DNA of 64,000 bases from Neoechinorhynchus agilis (Eukaryota; Animalia; Acanthocephala), in NCBI GenBank assembly GCA_051530055.1, contig CM121341.1, forward strand, positions 14,362,784 to 14,426,783, written 5' to 3'. This document shows, in pieces, positions 63,630 to 64,000 of the stretch. Numbering within the stretch: position 1 is the stretch's first letter; every line of letters starts with the position of its first letter. The notes beneath the pieces were generated by a model. It made no database searches. It was not told where the DNA came from and saw only the letters and a list, made by a program, of their open reading frames with translations. The position numbers were made by a program, and so were the translations under genes.

Positions 63630-64000
63630 CGCGCACGAACAATCTGCTTGGGATAATCCCTTAATCCTGACGGCTCACAACAAACTAAAAGGCCAGATGG
63701 ATGAGATGTCTCAAGCTAGACTTGTGGCCAGTTCCTCGAAAAAGTCAGACGCATGGTTGAACGTTTTGCCAATTGGTACTTTGGGAACTTTGCTGGACGA
63801 CGAGACAGTTCGAATAGCCGTCGCTCTACGTTTAGGACTTCCAACCTGTGCCCCACACCAGTGCCGATGTGGAATAAAAGTTGACGTGCTCGGGAGACGT
63901 GGACTCTACTGCAAGAGATCGAGCGGTCGTTTCCCAAGGCACGCAGAGCTCAACGCGATCATTAGCAGAGCTCTGAACTCGATCCACGTTCCAACCATCC
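63630..64000 (+). mobile_element. CRE-clade non-LTR retrotransposon fragment (pre-RLE region), running off the window
   Basis: Open frame QSAWDNP...ARLVASSSKKSDAWLNVLPIGTLGTLLDDETVRIAVALRLGLPTCAPHQCRCG...GRFPRHAELNAIISRAL. Confidence 0.9.

Overview
AT-rich, gene-dense metazoan genomic DNA. Where I could resolve them, introns are mostly about 40-60 nt. The species cannot be determined from the sequence. Host genes recognised by motif: a tandem three-domain RNase H1-like gene, ALG13, a HOOK-like coiled-coil protein, a PET+6-LIM (Limpet/LIMPETin) gene with a downstream 4.5-LIM (FHL-like) partial duplicate, a protein ending in a BAF-like domain, NOA1, TRIAP1/Mdm35 and a perilipin. A tandem segmental duplication at about 45.2-61.4 kb (period about 6.8-6.9 kb) carries three FoxO-like genes, one intact plus fragmentary Par-6-like genes, and two copies of a secreted protein built from CX3CX3C-CX3CX3C modules. 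The intergenic DNA holds decayed mobile elements: Penelope-like elements with hammerhead-like motifs, many CRE-clade fragments, an APE-RT LINE flanked by an 11-bp direct repeat, L2/CR1-like 3' ends with a covarying stem-loop and (TTA)n tails, a Helitron relic, MITEs/foldbacks and a ~147-bp tandem array. One LINE tail is expanded to (TAA)134. Many start codons sit just downstream of splice-acceptor-like YAG motifs, and a few junctions in conserved genes lack a canonical GT-AG solution. All annotation is by eye; no searches were run, and some frameshifts may be assembly errors.
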